From Chrysomallon squamiferum (taxonomy: Eukaryota > Animalia > Mollusca): 64,000 bases of DNA. The stretch's first letter is position 1. The number at the start of each line of letters is the position of its first letter. Both the position numbers and the translations under genes were made by a program. The notes under the pieces were generated by a model. The model worked only from the letters and a program-made list of their open reading frames with translations, did no database searches and was not told the origin of the DNA. Positions 1-12,200 of the stretch are shown piece after piece. The stretch covers positions 8,246,001-8,310,000 of the forward strand of contig CM022677.1 of the NCBI GenBank assembly GCA_012295275.1, read 5' to 3'.

Positions 1-233
1 ACTAATCAGGTCTATATGAATGGATCTGCTAAGTGTGTGTGTTTGTGTGTGTGTGTGTGTGTGAAAGAGAGACATGTAACATGATATAAAATGTGGTGTT
101 ACAAAATACTAATGTATGCATGTGTACTTATTGATATATTAGTTACAAAATGCAACTTCCTACATTAAATTAAATTAAACTTCGTTAGGTTTAGAATAAT
201 GAGAAATACATAAGAAAACAAATTCAAATTCAC

Positions 234-575
234 CTGTAGTTTTTTTTTTTCTCTTTTACAGTGACAGCAGTACAAACTTTATCCTCAGTGCTGGAGAGCA
301 CCTTCTGCTGAAACAACTTCACTAGCAAACCTAAACATCAATTATGTGCATTCTGAAAAAAAGAAATACAAAATAAAATAATAAAAATAATAAACTGTTA
401 TAGATAAATAGCTAACGTTTTTGTTATTATTAAAATTTAAATTGTACAGGCACGATTTACTGGATTATTCAGTAATTTATCACTAATAAAACATACCCTG
501 CCACTGTTGAGAGGTTTCTGAAAAAATTCTAACACCGGCCTCACACATCACTTGACAGCAGACTTGATTCATATT
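234..575 (-). pseudogene. CAMSAP: CAMSAP/Patronin N-terminal pseudogene fragment, copy 1 (exons ~575-497 and 352-234)
   Basis: Direct diverged copy of 49720-50750. Minus strand reads ..QVMCEAGVRIFSETSQQWQG|gtatgt, then ttcag|NAH.. to ..KVCTAVTVKEK..|gtgaat. It has frameshifts and stops, and the SRKGIY exon present in copy 2 is missing. Confidence 0.7.
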
Positions 576-639
576 ATCAATAGTCTCTTGTATCCCTTCC
601 CTTTCCTTCTTGTTCCTGTCTCTAATACTAGATGTGGTG

Positions 640-890
640 CACTGCCATGAACTGACTGAAGACAGGATACACATACCACAGTCTCTAACATATTAGATTC
701 AATGCACTGCCTTGAACAAACAGACTCACTGTCAGGGTAGTAAACACCAGACACAACTCACTGGCTGGAACAGATTTACTGACAGTGTAGCACATACCAG
801 TCTCTAATATACTAGACTCAACATACTGGATGGAACACAGGTATTAAGTACCACAGTCTAATATGTGATGTACTGGATGGAACAAACAGA
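640..890. repeat. Imperfect tandem repeat, about 3 units
   Basis: Recurrent cacatacc(a)cagtctctaa(c/t)ata(t/c)taga and actggatggaaca motifs. Confidence 0.55.
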
Positions 891-1317
891 TATCTTTAAC
901 GATATCTTTTCCACTTTATATCCAACCCCACATACACATAATAATGAAATAACAAAAATGTCTTTATTATAAACCAATACTTAAATGTTTTGTTGTGTTT
1001 ATTTCAGTCTAAATAAATATAAAGCTTTATATATCTACAATCTATGATATCATAAAATATTAAAAGTTTGCAAAATATGTAATATGTTCTAACTGAAATT
1101 ATTGTATTAATTTCCATGAATAATTTTTTTGATATATGAGAGAAAATATTAAACATAAAATGATACATTAGGAACAATTATATAATTATATGAAATATTT
1201 AAATAAAATTTAACAATAAAAATTAAATATTATTACTAAAATAAAATTATTTGCCTGCTCTTTTAAATTTTATTACAAATGTTATCAAAAATTAGAGAAC
1301 ACCAAACTGATACATAC

Positions 1318-1391
1318 TGGTTCAAACTGAAACACAACAGCTGGTAAAGTCAGTTCTCAGGAAGACATAGCAGATGTTCAGCAGCAAATTT
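1318..1391 (-). other. Candidate orphan exon, product unknown
   Basis: 74-nt GC-richer island bounded by ttttcctacag| and |gtatgt on the minus strand. No recognisable protein motif. Confidence 0.3.
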
Positions 1392-3446
1392 CTGTAGGAA
1401 AAAAAATCATTCTTTACATGTTTTTTTCTTATGAAAACAATGCAGAACATTAAAAATACAGTTTTAATAGTGTCAGTATTTTATCATATTAATTACCTAG
1501 ATTAATTATTTACATATTTTATATATAGTCTATTTAAAACCATGTATTATCACTGATAAATTCATTGCAGAATATTAAAAACAGACTTTAAGCAAACAGT
1601 GAAAATATTTTGTTATTTTATTAATTGCAAATATTAATTATTTAAATATTTACAAATTATAAATTACTGAAAACAATGCAGAACAAGTAATACAAATTTG
1701 TAGGTGACAATGATAATATTTGATTAATTATCAAGTTTTGTTTTAATTTTGAAATCTGTATGATATTAGAAAAACATTTTAATTAAGTTTTCTTTTTTTG
1801 TTTTTTTAAAATAGGATTTAAGGAAATAAGAATAAATATAATCTGCATATCATGCTAAGTAAATTTTACACAAATTAGAATAAATATTATCTTGCAAATA
1901 TATAGGCAAAACAGATGAAAATTATTAGCTGTTTTAACAGTTTTGCAGTCTTTTTTAGAGTATTAATAATAATCAATAAAATATTAAAAACAAGAAATAA
2001 CAGTAATTATTCATATTATATCAGTTTATGTGCAATTGTCACACTTGTATGTATTATTTCGCTGAATGCAAGTTAGGACCCTGTGTGCGTGTATACATGT
2101 GTTTGTGTGTGTGTGCGTGTGTGCATGTGCGTCTGTGCATGTGAGTGTGTGTGTGTGTGTTGGATGGGTGTTTGTATTTATGTGTGTGTATGCATATTTG
2201 TGTATGCATGTATATCAGTGTTTGTGTATATTTATGTATGTGTGTATATCAGTGTTTGTTTGTGTGTGTGTGTGTGTGTTAATATACATGGTAAAATATT
2301 ACATGAATATTTAACATCCTATTATACACACGACTGCACACATTAGACTTTCAGAACCAGGAAAAATAACACCAAGCTGACCTCTAAAAATGCAACAACA
2401 CAGAACACTTAAAAATCAGTAATTCAGAAGATTCAGAAATGGAAATTGGGATTTCCAAAAGATAGCAACTGAAAATAGTATTACAAGAAAAAAGCTGTTG
2501 GACACGTACTGTCATTTCTTGTGTGTTGTAGAGCTGTGTGCATTCAGGAAGATGACAGAAATAGTTTTATACATGACATTTGACTATCTTGTCACTGATC
2601 TTCAGAATAAAACAAAATAAAAAAATTAAATTAAATACAGATAATAAATGGAGGTCAAATGCAATACAGCACATTATTAAGATTATTTTTATTTGTATCA
2701 GTATATTGACAGTAAAATATAATAAAATAATAAAATAAAAAGCTGAATACAGCTTCATTATGACATCTACAAAACATTTATTTTGTTCACAGTTTTGTCT
2801 TGTTTATCTAGTTAAGATATATTACAATTAATTTTACAACTTAAATTTTCTTCTTTGCAATCAAATATAATTCCTTAACAAAGTCTTTACATGACTGAGT
2901 AATATTAATCCGAATTTATTTCGTTATTAAATATTATTTTTGTTGTTGTTGTTGTTGTTGTTGTTTTACTTTAGAATTCTAAATATTATTTGTATACTGC
3001 GGTCCCACGATATCGCGGTACTTAACTATTTGGAAGAAATAAAGAAATATACTTACATATATGAAGGTAAATATATTTGGGTTGTAATTCTTTGCTATAT
3101 CTCCATGATGTCCATCCCATTGGTTGATAAATAAATGCAGTTAAAAGGTTAAAACAGCTGATGAAATGGCTTCCGTTCAAGGGAGGTAATCACTTTATCT
3201 CGGTAAATAGCAAATTTTACAATACGGTGGACTGTACTGGTCACAAATTGCTGTTTTTGTACACACATTCGTAGTAATGTCTCGTAAATAAACTGTAACA
3301 CAAGAATGAAGAAAAGTCAGCTTAAAATGTTTCGTTTTTTTAATTGTAATAACATATTTTCCCGAGTGAGTAATTATAATTATTCTTCTGCAAGACCGTG
3401 TGGGCATTTAAAAATACTACCAAGGCTCAACACTATGACTTTAGAG

Positions 3447-3720
3447 CAGGCATGGCAACCTTTTTCGAGAAGCGGGCCACATGAGACACGGCTCATCGTC
3501 AGGCGGGCCGCAGGTACTAATTTAGGTGATTTTGTGGTTATACGTAGAGTTTATTTTAAGAAATATTCATTTTCATTTACTTCAGGAACTGTTATAATAA
3601 AAAAAAAAATTATAAGTGTTTTACTAGATTAGTAGATACAAAATAAACTCATTTTATAAAATTTGAATTAACGTTATGTTCCTTGTGAAATTAGGCGGGC
3701 CACTCAGAAATCCCTGAAAA
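3447..3720 (+). mobile_element. hAT (Charlie/Buster-type) non-autonomous element, left end
   Basis: Starts CAGGCATGGCAACC, preceded by an nnnTAnnn 8-mer (ctttagag), with GCGGGCC subterminal motifs at ~3472, ~3503 and ~3695. No clear right TIR. Confidence 0.5.
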
Positions 3721-4045
3721 CGGTGATGATGCGATTGAAAAAGAATGAAAGGATTAAATGAGTAAACACGCAAAAGAAAATGTAAAACAAGACAGAGAAA
3801 AAAAAAAATGATAGATAGAAGCGATAGAATGAAAACAAAGCAAATATAATTAGAATGAAAGAAAGAAAGCATAAAAGAACGAGAGACAGAAATAAATAAA
3901 TAAAATAAAATAAAATAAAATATGATCGACTGCTTGGAGAAAAAGTATTTCAAACGTCATGGGTATGTAATTTATTAATTTTTGTTCAGGTGGACTGAAC
4001 TCATTGCATTTATTTGTTTTACTTTCTTTTCTTCTTTTTGGTTTC

Positions 4046-4048
<3 letters not shown>

Positions 4049-4112
<64 letters not shown>
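4049..4112. repeat. (CT)n microsatellite
   Basis: Pure TC run; source of the SLSLSL ORF. Confidence 0.98.
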
Positions 4113-4114
<2 letters not shown>

Positions 4115-4575
4115 GCACTGTTTATTATAAACTTAGCTGGCTTTGCTGGTACAGGGAAATATGTTCACGAATGAAGAGCTACCAAACATGTGCGCACACT
4201 CACACATGTACACGCACACACACACATGTACACACAAACACACACACACATTCACACACACATACACACAGAGGGATTTGTGGCTTATCTTTAAAAAACA
4301 ACAACCGCGCGGTCACATCCGAATAAACCATAATTTACAATGGAGAAACAACAGCAACGATACTAACAACAACTACAACATAAACTAATTCTGGATAAAT
4401 CGCTAGATGTGATTTCACAAATAAAATATTTAAAACGGAGGATAAACGAAGAAACAAAGGCATATAAATATTAATTAATATTTTTTAGATACTTCAGTGC
4501 CTGTTTGACCATCTGCTTCAAAGCACACACGCTCAAAAAACGCGCGCTCACAGACACAGACACACAGACGCACAC

Positions 4576-4692
4576 ACACTGAAATATCAATGCACCAGAC
4601 CTGTAACGATTATTACGATACAGAATCGTATTGTGATACAAAGGTCCCGATACGATACATCGATTCGGGAAGGATGTATCCCGATACAGTAT
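4576..4692 (+). mobile_element. Probable hAT-type MITE end with clustered CGATAC/ATCG subterminal repeats
   Basis: cagacctgtaacgatt.. followed by multiple acgatac, gaatcgtat and atcgattc motifs. Confidence 0.4.
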
Positions 4693-6493
4693 GACATTTT
4701 AATAATTTTTGGTATACAGTTGATGAAGATATTTACATACAATGAAAACGTAACATCCACGTTTCGCCGCTGTAATTCCCGAACATTCAGGTTCCTATTA
4801 ACAGTCCTCGAGGTTGCTGTCGTCACGTAACCTGAACACATCATCACATGGCATGGAGGACATGCGCACTTTTATATATTTTTTTAAATATTTTTCATGA
4901 AATTTACTTTTCAGAAAGATTAATGTGTTCCATTATACACGAAATCGGTTGATTTATTTTCTCAAAATAATCTGATCTATATATATATATATATATGTAT
5001 TACAACAGTCCCATATGACTCTTTTTTCTTTCTACAGTTTAAAATGCGGCGGCTCTCTCAGTTTTGCCTTCAGTGAAATAAATATTTATTTATTTTTTTA
5101 TTTTTTTATTTATTTATTTATTATTAATTTATGATTAATTGTTGTTGCAGTTGTTGTTGTTGTTGTTGTTGTTATTATTATTTTATTTTATTGGTAAAAC
5201 TTTAAAAAGATGTTTAATTTGAAACTATATATATGTATAAAAATATGTGTATTGTGTATGTATGTATGTATGTATGTATGTACGTATAGATGCATATGTG
5301 TGTATGTGTGTATGTGTATGTTTGTTAATTGAAAGAAGTTCAAGATCTTGTAATAGAAACAAATCAGACGTCATATTGGATGTTAATGATTCGCTGTGTT
5401 TGATTGTACCGAGTATTCAGTTATGTGTGTTCTATTTTTATTTATTTACTTATTTGTGTGTGTGTGTGAGCGCGCCCATGTATTTGCATATTGCTTCGTT
5501 TAGTTTTCATTTTACGTTTAAAATTAAAATAATTTAACACGGATATTTTGTTTTTATTTAACTCTTTTTTTCTCTTTTTTTTTTCTTATCTTTTTTAGTA
5601 GGATTTTAAGTACAAAATAATAACGTATAACAGGTTTTAAAAAATATTCTGTACGTGTTTTCGCGCCCCTTAACTTTCAAATCTGGCTACGCCTCTGATG
5701 GGTGCTGAGGATATGAAATAGACTTAATTGTATAGTCTACATGTTCATAACTTGAAACCCCGTACATACGTTTTACTAAGACTCATACTGATTACAGTAT
5801 TTCTAAGATACATAATTACACGCCAGTCCTGAAATAGAATTAGTTCGTGAAAACAACGAATGATGCTGCCCTGTTGAAATAATAATGTAAGAACAAATTC
5901 ACGTAATTTTTATTTTATTATTATTATTTTTTTTATACGCCTTTACTGAACATTAACTTCAACAAATAAAATGAAACAAATAAAAGACCGGAAGCACACT
6001 TTCAATCGTTTGGGTTTTCAGATATTGTGCAAAATAAACACGTCGAAATATTTAAATTATCTGATTTGTCGGTCCAGGGAAGTAACTCTGACTAATAACA
6101 AGATAGGAAGATGTCTGAATAAGTTTGTAATTTGAAAAATAATAAGGGAAACAAAAAATAATTGTCTTTGGATGGAAAGTGAAATGTAGGAGCCAACTTG
6201 TGCATGGTGTAGTATCTAAGTTTATATATTTTATCCACTCATAACTCATATTTTATCCACGTTAACTGAATTCTTAGCAGAGATATTGGACATTACCGAT
6301 ATCGAAAAAATTTGTTATTATGTCTAGTATAAATATAAAGATTTAAACTCAGTAAAAACTTAGATTATTTACAATATTATCATATATGGATATAGAAAAT
6401 AAAGAAGAATGCAGATTACCTTATCTATATTTCAGTAACAGTTTTTAAAATTATTTTTAATTATTATTATTATTATCATTCATTCATTGTCAG

Positions 6494-6542
<49 letters not shown>

Positions 6543-6769
6543 TAAATTTGGTATATTGATAATAATAATAATAATCATCATCATCATCATTTAATTTTTT
6601 ATTTTAATAAGTTTATTTTCATTTGGTTTCTGTAATTTGTATTATTTCTTCATTTTGTTGCTATTTCAGTAATATTTTATTTTATGACATTTTATTATTT
6701 TTCTTTTTTCTATAACTTATTCATTTAATTTATTTGCATTATGTTTTTTAAATATATATATACCTGAGT

Positions 6770-8105
6770 ATGTGTGTGTATCTTAATTCTTCTGTCTTCT
6801 TGTTTCTTCATATTATTTGTTTTCATTTTTGTGTTATCTTTAAAGCTATTTTTATTGTTTATTATTTTAACCTATTTATTATTTACCATTATTATTGTTT
6901 CTTGTTATTTTTCTTGATTACAGTTTCCTCAAAATCTTCTTTTTCTTCTTGTCTGTTCCTCTTGTCTGTATTTAATTTCAGTCATTTTATTGATAAGCAA
7001 GATTTTTGTAATATACCATTTATTTATTATTTTTTAGTCTCCCAATTTCTATACATAGTTCTTATTCTTCTTTTTTTTTTTTTTTTTCATATTTTAAATT
7101 CTTAATTTTTATTTTAATGATTTTTTTATTATATTTTGTATTTTGTATTTTTTTTTTAAGCTACTGACCATTTGAATTCTTGTTATTTTTCTTCTTCATT
7201 CTTTTTGTTTCTTATTCTTCATTTCCTAGTTTCTGTGTTTTCTTTTATTTATTTACTTATTTTTTTCCTGTGATGTCACTTGAAATACACTATATTATTT
7301 CTTTTAGTTCTTCAGTCTCTTTCTTTTTATCATTTTAATTTCTTTTTGTCTTTTTGAATTTTGTTCTTCTGCTCATTTTATTTAAAGAATTAGAATTATT
7401 TTTTATTATTATTATATATATGTATGTATATGTATTTATATTATTATTATAATTTTAATATAATGTTTATTTATTTATTTATTTTTAATATTTTCAATCT
7501 CTTAACTTCATCTGCCAACTTTCTAGTTATTTTTCTACATACTAATAATTCAAATTATTTTATGTTATTCTTTTTTTTTATTATTATTTTTTTTTTTTTT
7601 TTTTACCAGCTTGTTACAATTAATTTTAATATTACATTTCTTATTCAGTTGTGAGAAGAATTTTTTTGTTTGTTTCTTTTTTATAAAATGCTCTTAAAAC
7701 AAGTTTTAGTAGACAGGTGATTATTTTTATTTTATTTATTCTAACTTCTGTCTATCTAATGTATGCATGTATGTATCTATCATTTATTTATTTATTTTAT
7801 TGTTGTTTTTAATTTATTTAAAATATAAACATACTGAATTACATAATATTCACATTAATTATTATCAACCTTTTCATTATTTTATTTAAAATTACAACCT
7901 ACTAAATAATTTAGTGTTCTGTATTTTCATTATTTTTTTTAATTTATCAGGAAACAGTTCTGGACCTGAGACTTTACGAGCTGTGTGTTTGGCAATGTGT
8001 TCTAACACAACAGTGATCTTCCTTAGCCTCACCACCAACCAAACAGACACTGAGAGTGCTGTGAGTAACCTTAATTATAACTGTTATAAAATGTTTTATA
8101 ATAAA

Positions 8106-8110
<5 letters not shown>
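6770..8110 (+). repeat. Segmental duplication copy A (partner 13990-15890); contains candidate exon 7951-8060
   Basis: 6770-7030 aligns with 13992-14280, and 7680-8105 aligns with 15379-15890. The exon is bounded by tatcag| and |gtgagt. Confidence 0.85.
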
Positions 8111-8171
<61 letters not shown>

Positions 8172-8246
8172 CAATAATAATAATAATAATAGTATAATAA
8201 TAATAGTAATAAACAATAATAATAATAGCAATAATAATAATAATAG

Positions 8247-8290
<44 letters not shown>
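8105..8290. repeat. (AAT)n microsatellite
   Basis: Long imperfect AAT run; source of the poly-N, poly-I and poly-L ORFs. Confidence 0.95.
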
Positions 8291-8291
<1 letters not shown>

Positions 8292-9209
8292 CCAATAACA
8301 AGAAATTATTTTTATATTTATATATGTATACCTGTGAAAAACAAATTCTTATTTTCTCTTCTTCTTCATCTTCTTCTTCTTCTTCTTCTTCTTCTTATTG
8401 TTGTTGTCATTATTATTATTATTGTTATTGCTAGTGTTATTATTATTATTATTATTATTATTTTAACTGTATACAGTCAACTCTGAGAAAACCAGACTTC
8501 GACTAATACAGATTTCTGAATAACCTGCACAATTTCAAAGTTTCGTCCAGCTATCGGTAACCTACTATCATAGTGGGGAAAAACACCTCGCTTGGACATG
8601 CCATAAGCAGATTAAAATAAAATATATTTAATGAATGAATGAATGAAAAAAATTAACTTGCTAATCAGAGCAAGCTGTTGTGAAGCACGTCTATGACAGG
8701 CACGCTTTCTGACAGGTCAGCAGGAATGTCCATCACAGAAAAGAGTTTTGGGTAAGGATAGAGAGTGGATAGAGAGTGGGTTCTCATTGTGATTGCAGGA
8801 CACAAGGGAGTGTCTGGCATATCAGATCGTAACGAGTCGGTTCCAGTGTTTTGTAGACGTTATCTGCTCCTTGTTGTCTCGTATTTGTCACCATAGGGTC
8901 CGTGTTGGTTGCGTCCTGTTTGTTTGTTCTCTTCTCGGCTGCTGTTGATGTTTCCTTGTTCTTTTTGACTGCGTCCCTCTGGTCCAACAATTCCAAACTT
9001 ATTATTTTTTGTTTTGCCAATGATATTTTTATTGATTTAAAAGATGCTGTAAACACCTGTAACTAAAAATAATAAGAACATGAATGTAGTTAACTTATTT
9101 ACATTTTATTTTATTTATTTATTTATTTTTTTTATTGTAATTTAAAAGATGCTGTAAACACCTGCACCTAAGAATAAGAACATGAATGTGTAATAAGATT
9201 ATGTGCATA

Positions 9210-9244
<35 letters not shown>

Positions 9245-9289
9245 ACAGGGTTAGTATGGTCTGAATGTAAGTAGGTATAGTACGATTAG

Positions 9290-12200
9290 TTTTTGTTTTA
9301 ATTATTAATTTAATTGGCTATTCAAATTGATCCATCAGTCAGCTGATCCATCCATGGATCAATCAGCTGTTGAACCGATCAATCTGTAAGTCAATAAATT
9401 GTTGTTTGTTTTTGTGTCAAAAAAGAAGAAAAGAAAAAGAAAAAGTTTGTGTTTTGTGTTCAGAATGTATGTTGTTACTGCAGCGAGGACTAACTCTCTG
9501 TCTTTCGTGTTTGGTGTCAAGATGTTTTGGAGTGTGAACTCGATTCTTAGTTCCTCCAATGTGTTGCGTAGTGCTTGTCTTTCCTTGGCGAAATTTTGAC
9601 AAGTAGTGTTTCATGGTTTCGGAGAGTCCACAGCTGCAGTTGGGTGATGTGGTGTTGTGATATTTGTATCAGATTGTATTTAAGTTGGTCGAGTAACCAA
9701 TTCTGCCTATGGTGAGATTGTTGTTGTGTAGTTTGTTGGCGACTGTGATTCTGGGGTATTTGGTGAGTGGTTTGATGTTCAAGTGCCATTTGTTTTTGGT
9801 GTTGTTCCATTCATTTTGCCACTGTTTGTCTTAATATTTGGCTTCGATGGAGAGAATTTCATTTATTCCTGTAGTGTATGTCTGTTCAGATGTCTTCGTC
9901 TTTAATGCTGAGTGACTGTTTGGCATAATGGTCAGCAAGTTCGTTGCTGATGATGCCAACATGTTTGCTCCCCAACTGGTTCTGGAAATTAGGTTTAGAA
10001 GATTGAGAATGTTTTGGCAGGATGCTATTATATTGTGTATATTGTATCCAAAGTTGAATGTTTGGGTTTGTGTTATGACGTTGTTGTTAATGTTTAGTGT
10101 GATTTTGTTGTTATCTGTTTTTTTGTTGAAAAGGAGGCATGTCGTTTTGGAAAGAGAAATCTTTGTGCCCCATTTTAACGCCCAGTTGTTTATGTTGTTT
10201 AAGTCTTTTTGTATTTGTTTCTGCCTGCACACCAAAAAGTGCAGTCGTCTGCAAAGAGTGCTGTGTTTTTTCGTTCGGTTGGTGGATTGTTGGTGTTGTC
10301 TTGTTTGTCAAGTGCTGTGATGATGTCGTTGATGTAGATGTTGCAGAGTGTGGGCGAGATAACGGATCCTTGTGGGATGCCATTTTCGATTGTCATTTTC
10401 TCTGAGGTGTGACCATTTACTTTGACTGCTATGGATCTGTTGTTGATGAAGTCTTTGATAAACTTGAACATGTTGCCTTTGATGTTGTTGTTGGTTAATT
10501 TGATGAGCAGTCCTTCCCTCCATACCATGTCAAAGGCTTTTTCAATGTCTAGGAATACTGTGATGATTTTTTTTTTGATTTCCTAAAAGATAGGTTGATT
10601 ATTGTTTGCAGACAGGTGATCTGGTTGTTTGTACTGTGTTTCTTCTTGAAGCTGCTTTGATACTTGTTGATTAAATTGTTGTTGTTTAGATGCTGGCTCA
10701 GGTGTGTGTTGACATCATTTCCAGTGTTTTGCACATGTGTGACGTCAGTGTGATCGGCCTGTAGCTGTTGGGTAGTAAGTGATCTTTGTGTGGTTTGGGC
10801 CAAGCTGAAACATTCGGCATATTTCCAGTTTGTTGTAATCTTACCTGTTGTCCATATTGTGTTGTAGAGATCGAGTAAGATTAGTAGTGTTTCATCTGGT
10901 AGGTGTTGTAGTATTGTGTAGCTTATTTTATCTGGCCCTGTGGCTGTACTTTTCTTGTTTTTGAGGGCATGATTTAATTCGCTGATGTTGAAGAGTTGAT
11001 TGTATTTCAAGTGTTCTGTGTCTGAGAAATGTTTGTTGATTGTTAGGTTGTCCAGTGGTTTCTTTGTGAATTTCAGTAGGAAGGTTGAGTTGCTGCTGGA
11101 CTTGGTGAAAGTTTTACTGAGTAGATCTGCTTTTTGTTTGTCAGTGAATGCGATGTTGTTTTTGTCGAGAGTGTTGATTCTGTGGTTTTTAGTTTGCCTT
11201 GGATGTCTTTCACTTTGGCCCACATGTCTTTGACTGATGTTTTGTGGTCGATGTTGTTGCAAAAGAGTTCCCAGTGTTCTTGTTTTGCACTGAGAATTAG
11301 ATTGGAAACTTGTTTTTTTTGCTATTTTGTATTTTTGTCTGTGGAATGATTTCTGTCTTTTTTGTATTGTCTTCTGAATTTGTTTCTTTCTTTGCATTTC
11401 TTTTCTATGTGTTCCATCCACCAGGGAGTGGATATTTTGTCGGTGCATTGTCTGGTTTTGGGTATGAATTTGTTTGCAGTGGAGTATATTGTGCTGGTGA
11501 GTGATGTGCAGTAGGTGTTGATGTGGTTGGGGTTTATGTGGTGATGTTTCTGCATGCTTTGTAGAAGCCTTCCCAGTTCGCTTTGTTGAAGTTCCATTTG
11601 GATGTGAAAATGGATCTGTCCAAGAAAGTGTTCTTGCTATTGTAGTATTTGGTGATGGTCGCTGTTTAATTCATTGAGCACTTGCCATTCGCAGAGCACT
11701 GTGATGTCCTTACTTTGTGAATGTTGGATCAATGGCGGATTGACCACCACTGATGTTGCTAGTGTATGTGACAGACCAACTGGTTTTGCTCTATGAAATT
11801 TTCAAGGATGATTCCAGGACTGTCGTCTGTCGAGCCACCCTATAAGGTGTTGTGACAGTTGAAATCACCCACTATAATGAGCTTGTTGTTTGTTGTTATC
11901 ATTTTGTTGAAGTCGTGGGTTTGAATGGTGTGTAGTGCGGGAGTGGGTGGGCTGTACATTTTAATTATGTCGATGTTTTGATTGTTATTGTGTACTGTGA
12001 TGCTTAGTATTTCTATGTTGGTGTGAACTTTGGCTTGGTTCAGCTTGGTGTGTGGAATGTCTTGTTTGACGAGTGTCATGATGTCTCCCCGGGTGCTGAG
12101 ACTTTGATACCCGGGGACCTTAAAAGCTTTTTGTTGTTTTGTTGTTTTTATTGTGTCCTAGCCATGTTTCTTGTATATGCATATTACGTCTGGTGTGTTT

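Noticed and set aside
2066-8434. ORF-track ORFs rich in VC, SL, HT, poly-I, poly-N or poly-L (here and throughout the window)
   Set aside because: Translations of microsatellites and AT-rich low-complexity DNA.
5660-8520. Isolated TIR-like ends (ctggctacgcctctg at ~5682, tacagtcaactct at ~8472; also ~28430 and ~36646)
   Set aside because: Single ends without a partner or internal homology, so elements cannot be delimited.
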